This document shows positions 36,831-44,548 of a DNA stretch of 64,000 bases, one piece after another. How positions within the stretch are numbered: position 1 is the stretch's first letter; each line of letters begins with the position of its first letter. A model generated the notes under the pieces. It ran no database searches, was not told where the DNA came from, and saw only the letters and a program-made list of their open reading frames with translations. Position numbers and translations under genes: made by a program. Source of the stretch: an uncultured Rickettsiales bacterium (lineage in GTDB: Bacteria > Pseudomonadota > Alphaproteobacteria > Rickettsiales > SXRF01); NCBI GenBank assembly GCA_964518725.1, contig CAZFKP010000015.1, forward strand, positions 1,450 through 65,449, read 5' to 3'.

Positions 36831-37430
36831 TTAAGTAGCCCGAATTAGTACATAACCCCTTGGGGTGGAAATCGGTTCGATCTGCAGGGTAAAAATATGT
36901 GGCCTGTTATCTGCACCCGCCTTCATGGTAATAGGAAAGCTGCACGCACTTTCCGCTACTAGCGTCGCCGCCAGCTTTTCCCACTCACTATGGGGGACAC
37001 TCTGCATATTGCACAACGTGGCTGTATTGAGCGATGGCTGTGAAAGAAACCCGGGGAACATATCCTGAAATTGCCGGTTGAGGTAAACAATCTCACCATC
37101 GTAGCGCGCAATAAAACAGAAGCGATAATCTTTGCTGATTACCGAAGAAAAAGCAGCGTTGATAAATTCGGATGATAGCTGATTGCGATTGATAAGCTGA
37201 AGTTGCTTGCTGATAAAAAACATCATGATGCCGGAAACAAAGCAAATATAGAATCCGGTGAGCATATCGTAATACAGTACCCCGACAATCGCCAGGATCA
37301 CCACGGATAACACCATGAAGAAATGTGATAAAAGATTTGCTGGCGTATGCCTGCGAACGATAAAGCCGCTGTGTTTTACATCCAGATATTGATTTCTGTC
37401 GGCGGTGCGGAAATAGGCTTCTGACTGCAT
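36831..37430 (-). CDS. Membrane-anchored PAS-like protein, paralogue of the CckA-like sensor N-terminus
   Basis: 199 aa with two TM helices, then ...SEFINAAFSSVISKDYRFCFIARYDGEIVYLNRQFQDMFPGF...LQIEPISTPRGYVLIRA. This aligns with ...TEFQNALFASAMGLHNKFCLIIKRDGSIIYLDRSFQNLFPDF...LSVEPIMRPSGFTMLRG of ORF 55688-56710. Confidence 0.6.
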   Translation of the reverse strand: MQSEAYFRTADRNQYLDVKHSGFIVRRHTPANLLSHFFMVLSVVILAIVGVLYYDMLTGFYICFVSGIMMFFISKQLQLINRNQLSSEFINAAFSSVISKDYRFCFIARYDGEIVYLNRQFQDMFPGFLSQPSLNTATLCNMQSVPHSEWEKLAATLVAESACSFPITMKAGADNRPHIFTLQIEPISTPRGYVLIRAT

Positions 37431-37502
37431 GATGCGCCTCGCTGTGTGAGATTATATTGTGTCTCAATTATAATGTTGACTGATTAATATATCATTAAGT
37501 GG

Positions 37503-38363
37503 TCACCCTAAGAATCTTGATTTATCAGCAGGATAGACCCCAAGAACTGTCACCTTTTTACAATAAAAACTCAATTCTTCCAATGCGCGCTGTACATTTC
37601 TTTCTTGTGGGTGCCCCTCGAAACTCAGGAAGAACTGCGCGGCTTCATTCTTCATTCCGCCGGGTATATAGCTTTCAAGCTTCACCACATTCACCCCGTT
37701 AGTTGCGAAACCGCCAAGGGATTTATACAGTGCCGCTGGGATATTGCGGATGGTGTAAAGCAAGGTGGTAATCACCTTTTCTTTCGTTGGGTCGGGATCC
37801 ACCGGCTCGCGTGCGATGATGACGAAGACGGTGGTGTTGTCATCCGAATCCTGCAAATGTTCTTTCAACACCGTAAGCCCGTATAGTTCAGCCGCCAGCG
37901 GCGACGCAATGGCGGCCTTGCTGGTGTCGTTCCATGTAGCGACATCCTTGGCGGCGGTCGCCGTGTTGGAATAGGTGTGGGTAGAGATTTTCATCTCGCG
38001 TAGATGTTCCCGACATTGCATCAGCGCCTGTGGATGTGAATAGACATCCTTGACGGATGCAAGCGTCGCTCCCTTCGGCGCCATCAACTGGTGCTCGATA
38101 TGCTGGTAGAATTCGCCAACAATGTGGAGGTTGGTGCGCGGGATGAGGTTATGGATCTCAGCCACTCTGCCCGCCTGGGAATTTTCAATCGGGATCATGC
38201 CAAGGCGTGCCCTGCCAGTGGCCACGGCATCGAACACATCCTCGAAGCTGGGGCACGCCAGCGTCTGCATGTAAGGCTGCGTCTGGCGGCAAGCCAGGTC
38301 GGCATTGGCGCCTTCAACGCCCATGAAGGCGATGGTGTTGGCAGGATCGAGGGTGGTGGTCAT
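37503..38363 (-). CDS. pheA: Prephenate dehydratase
   Basis: 286 aa with a PDT domain (IAFMGVEGANADLA, ...IPIENSQAGRV...) and a C-terminal ACT domain (TTLLYTIRNIPAALYKSLGGFA). Confidence 0.9.
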   Translation of the reverse strand: MTTTLDPANTIAFMGVEGANADLACRQTQPYMQTLACPSFEDVFDAVATGRARLGMIPIENSQAGRVAEIHNLIPRTNLHIVGEFYQHIEHQLMAPKGATLASVKDVYSHPQALMQCREHLREMKISTHTYSNTATAAKDVATWNDTSKAAIASPLAAELYGLTVLKEHLQDSDDNTTVFVIIAREPVDPDPTKEKVITTLLYTIRNIPAALYKSLGGFATNGVNVVKLESYIPGGMKNEAAQFFLSFEGHPQERNVQRALEELSFYCKKVTVLGVYPADKSRFLG

Positions 38364-38399
38364 ATAATGTACTTTTTATCTCAACAGTGGTTGGCGTTT

Positions 38400-38834
38400 T
38401 TATTTTCTAGTAGGGGTGTCACCCGGCACTTCTTGTCTGACTTCTTCAACAAAATCCTCCCATGTTTGGTGATTTGCCCCATCCACCGTTGGGTATTTAA
38501 GGTGTCCCCCGACAAGGTCATTACCAGGCGGCGTGTAAGGTTCGATAGGTCCATAGAGGAATTCCCCTTCCGTTCCACTAATTTTGCTGCCAAGCGCATC
38601 GAGGTCATCCGGGTTATAGCGCCATCTGCCGCGATCGCTGAATCGACGAATATGCCCCTCTTCACTCAGACGTTCTAGTGTTTTGCCACTTATTCCCAGA
38701 TACCTCGCGGCATCTTCCGTTTCACGATAGTGTTTTCCTGGAGGGGGAGTTTGATCCAACCAATTATGATTTTTATCTTTGCTCATATTTACCCCTACAA
38801 AACGCAGCATTTGCTTGATTTTTTCAGCCGACAT
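38400..38834 (-). CDS. Helix-turn-helix (excisionase/MerR-like HTH) domain protein
   Basis: ...YRETEDAARYLGISGKTLERLSEEGHIRRFSDRGRWRYNPDDLDAL... is a typical HTH_17-type pattern. The start is uncertain (38834 or MSKDKNH at about 38786). Confidence 0.55.
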   Translation of the reverse strand: MSAEKIKQMLRFVGVNMSKDKNHNWLDQTPPPGKHYRETEDAARYLGISGKTLERLSEEGHIRRFSDRGRWRYNPDDLDALGSKISGTEGEFLYGPIEPYTPPGNDLVGGHLKYPTVDGANHQTWEDFVEEVRQEVPGDTPTRK

Positions 38835-38898
38835 ACTTATCTATATGGTTCTAAAAAACAAGCAATTTTGCACAAAAATGTGAAAGAATGAAGGCTCA

Positions 38899-40245
38899 AT
38901 GCAGACGAACTGGACCACCGAAAGCTGGAGAAACTTCCCGATTAAACAACAGCCTAGCTATAGTAACCGTGAGGCGCTGGCCTCGGTTGAGGGGCAGCTT
39001 AAAATACTCCCTTCACTTGCCTCCCCCAATGAAGCACGGGCGCTGAAAGCCGAACTGGCGGATGTGGCATTGGGCAAGGCTTTTCTGCTACAAGGCGGTG
39101 ATTGCGCTGAAAGTTTTGCGGAATTCTCCGAAGAAAACCTGAAGCGCTATTTCCGGGTCATGCTGCAAATGACCATGGCGCTGATGTATGGCTCCGGCAC
39201 GCCGGTAGTCAAAGTCGGGCGCATCGCCGGGCAATTTTCTAAACCACGCAGCGAAAACACCGAAAAGAAAGACGGCATTGAATTGCCTGCCTACCGTGGC
39301 GACATGGTCAACGGCATGGGCTTTGATGATGTTACACGCTTGCCTGACCCGGAGCGCCTGCTGAAGGTGTACTACCAGAGTGCCGCCACTCTCAATTTCC
39401 TGCGTACCCTCGCTCGCGGTGGTTACGCCTCCCTCTCCCGCATCAACCGCTGGAACATGGAATTCGCCCAAAGCTCGGCGCAAGGTAAGCGCTTCGAGGA
39501 ACTGATCGAGCGCATCAATGAATGCATCGGCTTCATCCGCGCCTGCCGCCTGCCGATCGACGAAGTGGAACAATTTTCTGAAGCCAGCTTTTATACCTCG
39601 CACGAAGCGCTGCTGCTAGGTTACGAATCCTCCCTCACCCGGCTCGACAAGGCTGAGGGGAAATATTACGCCGGCAGCGCGCATATGCTCTGGATTGGTG
39701 ATCGTACACGCGCACCGGATGAAGCGCATGTGGAATTCCTGCGCGGCGTGGCCAATCCGATTGCGTTTAAAGTCGGCCCCAGTATGACCAAGGACGGGCT
39801 GCTAAAACTCATCGACATCCTCAACCCGGAAAACGAGCCGGGGCGCCTGACCCTTATTTCCCGCATGGGTACAGCGAAAGTGGGTGAATTACTGCCGCCG
39901 CTGATCCGCGCCGTAAAAGAAGCCGGTAAAACCGTCGTCTGGTCTTGTGATCCGATGCATGGCAACACTATCAAATCCCCCAGCGGCATCAAAACCCGCA
40001 AATTCACCGACATCCTCTCCGAGGTGCGGCAATTCTTCGCCATCCACAAGGCGGAAGGCACCTTCGGTGGCGGCGTACATTTTGAAATGACCGGGCAGGA
40101 TGTCACCGAGTGCCTCGGGGGTGCACAGGCAATTTCTGAAATTAATTTGAGTGACCGCTACCACACGCATTGCGACCCGCGCCTCAACGGCTCGCAGGCG
40201 CTGGAGTTGGCATTCCTGATTGCCGAGACGCTGAAGAAGTCATAG
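38899..40245 (+). CDS. 3-deoxy-7-phosphoheptulonate (DAHP) synthase, class II
   Basis: 448 aa with ...WRNFPIKQQPSY..., LLQGGDCAESF, ...GRIAGQFSKPRS... and WSCDPMHGNT, which are class II (plant-like) signatures. Confidence 0.92.
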   Translation: MQTNWTTESWRNFPIKQQPSYSNREALASVEGQLKILPSLASPNEARALKAELADVALGKAFLLQGGDCAESFAEFSEENLKRYFRVMLQMTMALMYGSGTPVVKVGRIAGQFSKPRSENTEKKDGIELPAYRGDMVNGMGFDDVTRLPDPERLLKVYYQSAATLNFLRTLARGGYASLSRINRWNMEFAQSSAQGKRFEELIERINECIGFIRACRLPIDEVEQFSEASFYTSHEALLLGYESSLTRLDKAEGKYYAGSAHMLWIGDRTRAPDEAHVEFLRGVANPIAFKVGPSMTKDGLLKLIDILNPENEPGRLTLISRMGTAKVGELLPPLIRAVKEAGKTVVWSCDPMHGNTIKSPSGIKTRKFTDILSEVRQFFAIHKAEGTFGGGVHFEMTGQDVTECLGGAQAISEINLSDRYHTHCDPRLNGSQALELAFLIAETLKKS

Positions 40246-40246
40246 C

Positions 40247-40861
40247 TTAGTGAGCGCCGCCGTTCGGTGAGGTGGCAATGGTTTTCAGCACCTCGTAATG
40301 CTTGTTCAGCATACTGCGGCCAGCGCCGGAAATAACACTGCGCTCCAAGTGCTGGATGGTGGTTTTTGCCTGATCGAGTTCCATCTTCAGGTAGGTTCGC
40401 ATATTCTCCAAATCCTGCAGCATGAAATAACGCTCCAGGTGCACCCGTACGCGCAAGGCAACCTCTTCAAGATCGAGCGGCTTGTTGAGGAAATCATCCG
40501 CACCGCATGTCAGTGCCCGCAATTTAGTGTCACGGTCTTCCAAAGCTGTCTGGACGATGATCGGCATATGGGCAGCATTGGCGTCGCCGCGAATCTGCTC
40601 GCAATAACCAAACCCATCCAGATTCGGCATCATAATATCAAGCAACACCAGATCCGGCATCTGACGATAGGTTTTTTTCAGCGCATCCACGCCATCCACC
40701 GCAGTTTCTAGGTTGTTGTACCCGGAAGCCGTCAATACCGAACAGATAAGCTTGACGTTAAATGGCGCATCGTCAACAACCAGAATGCGAGCCCCTGCAA
40801 AGCGTAAGGCAGGAAACATCTTTGATTTTGTACCAACAATCGGAAAAACTGAGTCGCTCAT
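40247..40861 (-). CDS. Response regulator (REC domain plus C-terminal coiled-coil, no recognised output domain)
   Basis: ILVVDDAPFNVKL..., the phospho-acceptor context DLVLLDIMMPNLDG, then PIIVQTAL and FLNKP. Confidence 0.85.
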   Translation of the reverse strand: MSDSVFPIVGTKSKMFPALRFAGARILVVDDAPFNVKLICSVLTASGYNNLETAVDGVDALKKTYRQMPDLVLLDIMMPNLDGFGYCEQIRGDANAAHMPIIVQTALEDRDTKLRALTCGADDFLNKPLDLEEVALRVRVHLERYFMLQDLENMRTYLKMELDQAKTTIQHLERSVISGAGRSMLNKHYEVLKTIATSPNGGAH

Positions 40862-40902
40862 TCATATCCCCCATGGATAAAAGCGTTGTCATCTTATAAT
40901 AA

Positions 40903-40927
40903 TTAACCATGGTTAATTTAAACTTAA
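40903..40927. promoter_or_regulatory. Candidate CtrA-type sites: palindrome TTAACCATGGTTAA overlapping a TTAA-N7-TTAA box
   Basis: 40903-40916 is a perfect 14-bp palindrome made of two opposed TTAACCAT half-sites. 40913-40927 reads TTAA-tttaaac-TTAA. Both lie in the AT-rich divergent region between the response regulator and gapR, and chance matches are likely at this composition. Confidence 0.3.
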
Positions 40928-41075
40928 TTTTTACATCATTTAGTTAAATAAAATAAACTTATTATATTCCGTGGGTTGCAAAAATAATGTAACGCCTATA
41001 CTTCTGAATAAGGCTTGACCCACCCCCCACAAAAAACTATCTCCTGAACTTCAATATTTGTCGGAGGAACAAACT

Positions 41076-41369
41076 ATGGCTAAAAAACCAAACAGGGTTG
41101 GCGGGGTCGCCGTTGACCAACTAAAATCCATCATCGGCCGCGTAGAGAAGCTGGAAGAAGAAAAATCCGGCATTGCCGCCGACATCCGCGACGTGTTTGC
41201 TGAAGCCAAGGGCAGCGGTTTTGATACCAAAGCCATCCGCCAGATTATCAAGCTCCGCAAACTCGATGCATCAGAAATCGAGGAGCAGGAAACCATCCTC
41301 GACACCTACCGCCGTGCGCTGGGCATGTTACCAGAGATGGATGAAGAAGACGAGTTTGAAGCCGCCTGA
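41076..41369 (+). CDS. gapR: GapR-like DUF2312 nucleoid-associated protein
   Basis: MAKKPNRVGGVAVDQLKSIIGRVEKLEEEKSGIAADIRDVFAEAKGSGFDTKAIRQIIKLRKLD...ILDTYRRALGM. A GGAGGA RBS lies 7 nt upstream of the ATG at 41076; the track start at 41058 is TTG. Confidence 0.8.
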   Translation: MAKKPNRVGGVAVDQLKSIIGRVEKLEEEKSGIAADIRDVFAEAKGSGFDTKAIRQIIKLRKLDASEIEEQETILDTYRRALGMLPEMDEEDEFEAA

Positions 41370-42127
41370 TTCCTTAATTCAATATATTTTGCAATCCGGA
41401 TAAAACGGCCATAGGCATAGACCATGGAATAAGTAAATCCGCGCCAGCCACGCAATATGTATAGCCTGAGGATGTAAGGTTTGAAAAACACCACCGGCAC
41501 CTCGAACACCAGCCGCGTGCGGGCAAAGGCCATAGGTTTTTTCTGCATTTCCACAGCCTGGGCGGTAGAATAGTTGTTGAGCTTATCCAGCATATGGGCA
41601 AGCGAACGGAACGATTTATGCAGCACCGGATGCTGCAACAGCCCTGTTTCCCCTTCCCTCACCATCACCGTATCATGCACCGGGCTATCCGAAAATCGCG
41701 CTTTGTTTTTATCATAAAGCCTGAGGCAGTGATTAGTGTGGGCGAATGGCGCCAGCTTTCTTTCGCCCGGCAGCAAATCCCTTACCTTGAGGAAAAATCC
41801 TGTGAGTAACGGTGTGCCGTGCGAAAAAAGCGCGGCGATTTCGACGGCAAGCTCCGGCGTGACCACCTCGTCGGCATCAAGGTTCAGCAGCCAGTCATTC
41901 TTGCACTGCTCTTCACCAAAACGTTTTTGCAGGCCGTAGCCTTGCCACTCGTGCGAAAATACGCGGGCGCCGAGTGACTCCGATACCCGCACAGTCTCAT
42001 CACTGCTGCCGCTATCAACCACAATAATTTCCGACACCCAATCTTTCACACTCTTGATGGTGAACCCGATCCGATCCGCCTCATTGCGGGCGATGATGAA
42101 GCATGAGACGGGCAGGCGGTTAGTCAT
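41306..42127 (-). CDS. Family 2 glycosyltransferase
   Basis: VSCFIIARNEADRIGFTIKSV...IIVVDSGSSDET...LNLDADE (DxD). The 3' end overlaps the convergent gapR by 64 nt. Confidence 0.85.
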   Translation of the reverse strand: MTNRLPVSCFIIARNEADRIGFTIKSVKDWVSEIIVVDSGSSDETVRVSESLGARVFSHEWQGYGLQKRFGEEQCKNDWLLNLDADEVVTPELAVEIAALFSHGTPLLTGFFLKVRDLLPGERKLAPFAHTNHCLRLYDKNKARFSDSPVHDTVMVREGETGLLQHPVLHKSFRSLAHMLDKLNNYSTAQAVEMQKKPMAFARTRLVFEVPVVFFKPYILRLYILRGWRGFTYSMVYAYGRFIRIAKYIELRNQAASNSSSSSISGNMPSARR

Positions 42128-43346
42128 GGGATGTCCGCTTGTCCCGCAGGTTGACAGCCATCAGCATGCCAATCGGCATCCAGAAAATAATCCAGAACGG
42201 CCCGGCATTACGAATGACGCGGTTTTGATCCGTGATACCCACGCAAAGCGCGTGCAACAAGAGTGCAGTAGCAAGAAAATACATATATTTCCCCTTATTG
42301 TCTTGAGGGGGAGAGCGATAAATACTCAGGCATAAAACGGTAAACAGGTAGAGTGCAGCCGGAATACCTGCATAAAACGCCGTTGAAAGATAGATATTAT
42401 GCGGGTTGTCCCTATTCTGCGCCCCGATTTCTGCCGGTGTTTCCAGATTGGCGCTCCACCCATAACCAAACCATGGGTGAGCAATAATTTTCTCAAGCGT
42501 TTGTTTCCATATCTCGATTCTAAATGACAGCCCACGAGCAAGCATACGGTCATAACGCTGCATCAGCATGTCGTGAATGGTCGGATTATAGATCGATACG
42601 CACACAATAACCGCGAGCAGGATAATAGAAATCAACAGGGTTTTCTTTGATTTTACGGCGCTGATGGCCAGCCAGCCAAACGCAACCAACAAATACATAA
42701 TCGTGCTAACCCGGGTTTCCATCAAAATCAGCATGTAACCGATCAAACAAAACACCATCACATAGAACGGTTTTAGTTTTTTGGTTGTAGTCGTTTCATA
42801 AAGATACAGAATAATCATCGCCGCCATTGTGTACATGTAGGCTGCAACGGTCGGGATATTGGCGCGACCAATCGGGATAAGCCGCAAATTCTGGTATTTT
42901 CCATGATAATTGTACAGGATAAGCGATACGATCGCGCACGCCAACACAGCCAACACCAAGAAATTAAAGAACCGGACGAGATGTTTTTCTTCGATGTATG
43001 CAAAATAGATAATGGTGCCGATCAGGAAGGCGACAATCGCCAGTACATGGTTGATCGTTTTCGCAAATTGTACCGCGCCGTCATTAATAAAAATGGCGTG
43101 GATCATGACGTAAATAAAAAAGACAGAATAAGCACGCAAAAGCGGCTGGCGCGCAATGACCGTAATGCGATCCTTGTGCTGAAATCCATAGTACAGCGAA
43201 GCTGGCAAAAGAAGCCCATAAAATGCGAGCGTAGTAAAAAATCCACCCGTTACGGTATATTGCACCAGGATAAACAGTTCATAGGCAATAAAAAAAAGCG
43301 GTAGCTTCAGATGCTCTCTTACTTTACTTTGCAGTGATTCTGGCAT
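42120..43346 (-). CDS. O-antigen ligase / O-antigen polymerase family (Wzy_C) membrane protein
   Basis: 408 aa with about 11 TM helices and a periplasmic loop ...RGLSFRIEIWKQTLEKIIAHPWFGYGWSA...HNIYLSTAFYAGIPA... typical of the RfaL/Wzy_C family. Confidence 0.78.
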   Translation of the reverse strand: MPESLQSKVREHLKLPLFFIAYELFILVQYTVTGGFFTTLAFYGLLLPASLYYGFQHKDRITVIARQPLLRAYSVFFIYVMIHAIFINDGAVQFAKTINHVLAIVAFLIGTIIYFAYIEEKHLVRFFNFLVLAVLACAIVSLILYNYHGKYQNLRLIPIGRANIPTVAAYMYTMAAMIILYLYETTTTKKLKPFYVMVFCLIGYMLILMETRVSTIMYLLVAFGWLAISAVKSKKTLLISIILLAVIVCVSIYNPTIHDMLMQRYDRMLARGLSFRIEIWKQTLEKIIAHPWFGYGWSANLETPAEIGAQNRDNPHNIYLSTAFYAGIPAALYLFTVLCLSIYRSPPQDNKGKYMYFLATALLLHALCVGITDQNRVIRNAGPFWIIFWMPIGMLMAVNLRDKRTSHD

Positions 43347-43454
43347 GGCGTAAAATATCTATAAGCGTTGTGGGAACAAAGGCATTTTTAGCAGATTGGC
43401 AATGAAGAATATACAGCACTTTCAACCAATACAATTACAACGGAAATAAATCCA

Positions 43455-44495
43455 ATGCATATTGTAAATGTTATGTTGGCCAAAGGCGGCGGCGGCATCG
43501 AGCAGGCGGTATTGGATTATTGCGAAGGCCTGCGCGGCCTTGGCCACCGCGTAACCGCCATCGTCTATCCCGGCTCATGGGCAGAGAGCCAATTGCAAGG
43601 TCGTGAGATTTCAACTGTGGCGCTGCGTAATTTCGGCGAATATGATCCGTTTGCCCGGCTACGCATGAAGCGTGCGTTGCTGGAATTGGCTCCCGATGTT
43701 GTGATTACACATGCCAACCGCGCCACGGGAATCTGCCTGCGCGCACTCAAGAAACGCCCATTCCCGTTGGTAGGTGTGGTGCATAATTATTCTACCCGGC
43801 GCTACAATGCCATGGATGCCGTGTTTACCACGACCTACGACCTCATCGCCACACTGGTTGGGCAAGGCATTCCTGAGGAGCGAATTTTCCATATTCCAAA
43901 TATGGTCAAGGTGAGCGAATTGCCGCTGCGCCAACCGCGCCGTAGCCCACCGGTGATCGGCGCCATGGGGCGTTTTGTGAAGAAAAAAGGATTTGATGTT
44001 TACATCGAAGCGCTGGCGCTGCTGAAGGCGCGGGGGTTTATCTTTAAGGCCGTCCTCGGCGGCACAGGCGAAGAAGATGCCGCCCTGCGCGCGCTCGCGG
44101 TGGCCAAAGGACTTGGCACACAGCTCACTTTTTCCGGCTGGGTGGATGACCGCAGGAAATTTTATACTGGCATTGATATTTTCTGCCTGCCTTCATTGCA
44201 TGAGCCGTTCGGCATTGTGTTGCTGGAGGCATTCGCCCATGGTGCGCCGATCATTTCAACCGATAGCGAAGGACCGAAAGATATCATCACCCCCAATTAT
44301 GACGCCATCCTGGTGGCAAAAGGGGATGCCGAGCAGCTCGCCCGCGCCATGGAGCAGTTGCTGAAAGACGCCCCCCTGTGCGACAAGCTGGCTGCGAACG
44401 GCTTTGCCAAGGTAAAAACGCGATACAGCCTCGATGTGGTTTCCACCCAGATTGAAACCGCCCTAACCCAGATCATTCGCTACCATAGAGTATAA
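43455..44495 (+). CDS. Family 4 (GT-B) glycosyltransferase
   Basis: 346 aa with the N-terminal MLAKGGGGIEQAV and the C-terminal ...FCLPSLHEPFGIVLLEAFAHGAPIISTDSEGPKDII... (EX7E motif). Confidence 0.85.
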   Translation: MHIVNVMLAKGGGGIEQAVLDYCEGLRGLGHRVTAIVYPGSWAESQLQGREISTVALRNFGEYDPFARLRMKRALLELAPDVVITHANRATGICLRALKKRPFPLVGVVHNYSTRRYNAMDAVFTTTYDLIATLVGQGIPEERIFHIPNMVKVSELPLRQPRRSPPVIGAMGRFVKKKGFDVYIEALALLKARGFIFKAVLGGTGEEDAALRALAVAKGLGTQLTFSGWVDDRRKFYTGIDIFCLPSLHEPFGIVLLEAFAHGAPIISTDSEGPKDIITPNYDAILVAKGDAEQLARAMEQLLKDAPLCDKLAANGFAKVKTRYSLDVVSTQIETALTQIIRYHRV

Positions 44496-44548
44496 CCTAT
44501 TATTATATAATAATTATCACAAATATTAATCCTGTTATTAGGTATAAT

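Noticed and set aside
43146-43170. cgcaatgac-c-gtaatgcg inside the O-antigen ligase gene, resembling the right terminus of repeat copy A
   Set aside because: It is only a 17-nt partial match with an indel. It has no partner inverted repeat or inner palindrome, so it is probably coincidence.
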